DNA from: Macrostomum lignano
Taxonomy: Eukaryota
Direction: 5' to 3'
NCBI GenBank assembly: GCA_002269645.1
Contig: NIVC01003305.1
Location: forward strand, 40,866-104,865
Length of the DNA: 64,000 nt
The translations under genes were made by a program, and so were the position numbers. Under the pieces are notes generated by a model. It saw nothing but the letters and a program-made list of their open reading frames with translations, was not told where the DNA came from and ran no database searches. This document shows positions 62,186 to 64,000 of the stretch, piece by piece. Every line of letters starts with the position of its first letter. Position 1 is the first letter of the stretch.

Positions 62186-62422
62186 GTTAGGGCCCATTGT
62201 GTATCAAAGGGAATGTGAACTTAAGGTTAGGGCCCATTGTGTATCAAAGGGAATGTGAACTTAAGGTTAGGGCCCATTGTGTATCAAAGGGAATGTGAAC
62301 TTAAGGTTAGGGCCCATTGTGTATCAAAGGGAATGTGAACTTAAGGTTAGGGCCCATTGTGTATCAAAGGGAATGTGAACTTAAGGTTAGGGCCTATTGT
62401 GTATCAAAGGGAATGTGAACTT
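62183..62422. repeat. 40-bp minisatellite beginning at the PDE1 exon donor, 6 copies
   Basis: Unit aaggttagggcccattgtgtatcaaagggaatgtgaactt. Confidence 0.95.
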
Positions 62423-63024
62423 AAGAACTTGTGAACTCTTTAAGGCTGGGGTTTTTTGCATATCAAAGTCGGAAATGTCTTGGGACTTCTTTCAGCTTTT
62501 GTCTTTTTTCGTCAACGAGGCAGTCCTACGTTTCGAAACGTCGGGTTGTGAAATGTGTGATACAAACCCCCTCCCCCCGACGCTATTTATGTCTCCATCA
62601 AGGCGGGAAAACACAATGAGAGCTGTGGTGAAAGGGATAACAAACATTGTCAAACATTGGGCTTAACTATCGCTCCTATTCTTCACACAAACATAAAAAG
62701 AGCGTTTATCATGGTCATCTCGTCAGTTAAGCATTGGAAGCTCCAAATGAAGGGATTGGGATAGAAAAACCGGGACCCAATGCTTCAGGCTCAGTTCACA
62801 TGCTTCAGTTCACACCCCTTTTGGCAGGGAATTGTTGGCGTCCTCGTCTCCTCCTCTGTGCTAAACATCGAGCAAGGGATCGATATCGAATCAGGTCACG
62901 AATGCTCACTAAAATACCCACTCACTTTTCCAGCCTGTCTATCACCTTTGATTCGAACTTTCCAATTTGAGTGTTCCGCCAATTTTTCTATAAGATTCAA
63001 ATGTCAACGTTCGTTCGTTCGCAG

Positions 63025-63369
63025 GTGTTTGTCGATCGAAGCAAAGGCATGCGAGCAGACGAGCAGGAAGAGGATCTGTTCAGCTTAGCCTCGGCTACCG
63101 GCGTTGGCGGCGTCGGCGGCGGCGTCGACGCGGGCCGGTCCGATGTGGCGTCGGTGCCGGAGCGGGTGCAGGAGTGGCTGACGGCGACTTTCACCAGGCG
63201 CGGCAGCGTCACAGCGGTCGGCGGTCGGCGGCGGCTGCGGAGTCTGGCCACGGTGGTGCAGACCAGCGTCTACTTTGAGAAGTTGTTCCGCAATCGCGGC
63301 TTCGGCCGAGGCGTTGCCGGAGTGGCCGCCGCGGCGATGCAGCAACAGAAGAAGCTGAGGGTAGGAAAC
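63025..63369 (+). CDS. PDE1: PDE1-like exon 2 (PDEase_I_N region)
   Basis: tcgcag|GTG. VFVD...VPERVQEWLTATFTRR...RLRSLATVVQTSVYFEKLFR matches PDE1 VYID...VPSEVRDWLASTFTRQ...RFKSIVHAVQAGIFVERMYR. In-frame donors at 63360 (AGG|gtagga) and 63369 (AAC|gtgagt). The catalytic domain lies beyond the window. Confidence 0.88.
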
Positions 63370-63462
63370 GTGAGTAAATTAGGGGCTCGAACTTGGCACC
63401 TCGGTTACTAGGAGGATTTTAGATTTTATCCAAATCCCACGGTCTCTCTTGAAAAGGTATTA

Positions 63463-64000
63463 GACCTAAGAATCCCACTGCCGCTCTCGCACACCTGTGA
63501 GGATGAGTAGCAAGGTGCTAGACTTAAGAATCCCACTGCCGCTCTCGCACACCTGTGCAGGATGAGTAGCAAGGTGCTAGACTTAAGAATCCACTGCCGC
63601 TCTCGCACACCTGTGCAGGATGAGTAGCAAGGTGCTAGACTTAAGAATCCCACTGCCGCTCTCGCACACCTGTGCAGGATGAGTAGCAAGGTGCTAGACT
63701 TAAGAATCCCACTGCCGCTCTCGCACACCTGTGCAGGATGAGTAGCAAGGTGCTAGACTTAAGAATCCCACTGCCGCTCTCGCACACCTGTGCAGGATGA
63801 GTAGCAAGGTGCTAGACTTAAGAATCCCACTGCCGCTCTCGCACACCTGTGCAGGATGAGTAGCAAGGTGCTAGACTTAAGAATCCCACTGCGCTCTCGC
63901 ACACCTGTGCAGGATGAGTAGCAAGGTGCTAGACTTAAGAATCCCACTGCCGCTCTCGCACACTGTGCAGGATGAGTAGCAAGGTGCTAGACTTAAGAAT
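63463..64000. repeat. 59-bp minisatellite in a PDE1 intron, running off the window
   Basis: Unit gacttaagaatcccactgccgctctcgcacacctgtgcaggatgagtagcaaggtgcta. Confidence 0.95.

Overview
Eukaryotic (metazoan) genomic DNA with GC-rich exons and introns packed with locally unique minisatellites. The architecture and gene content suggest a free-living flatworm such as Macrostomum (inference, not verified). Four protein-coding genes are recognisable. (1) A minus-strand ZNF608/ZNF609 (scribbler/brakeless) homolog, exons 11635-11180, 7191-7029, 4338-3285; its 3' end is unresolved. (2) A minus-strand NOSTRIN-like F-BAR/HR1/SH3 gene with six exons from 37204 to 22875. (3) A single-exon plus-strand rhodopsin-class peptide-type GPCR at 55752-56947. 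(4) The first two coding exons of a plus-strand PDE1-like phosphodiesterase (61970-62185, 63025-63360/63369). A 3786-bp Ty1/Copia element sits in NOSTRIN intron 2. It has identical 259-bp LTRs, a 5-bp TSD and a half-tRNA(iMet) PBS, but two internal deletions make it non-autonomous. Also present are two RTE-like LINE 3' fragments, a tRNA-derived SINE with a CORE-like motif, a Helitron-like 5' end, a foldback element with telomeric repeats, and about 30 tandem arrays. The most unusual observations are minisatellites that amplify exon-intron donor junctions, an intronic array of 14 TCACGTGA E-boxes, RFX X-boxes upstream of PDE1, and a possibly bipartite Copia primer-binding site. Single-base frameshifts in homopolymer runs of two genes probably reflect long-read assembly errors. 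No CRISPR, rRNA or intact tRNA gene is supported.
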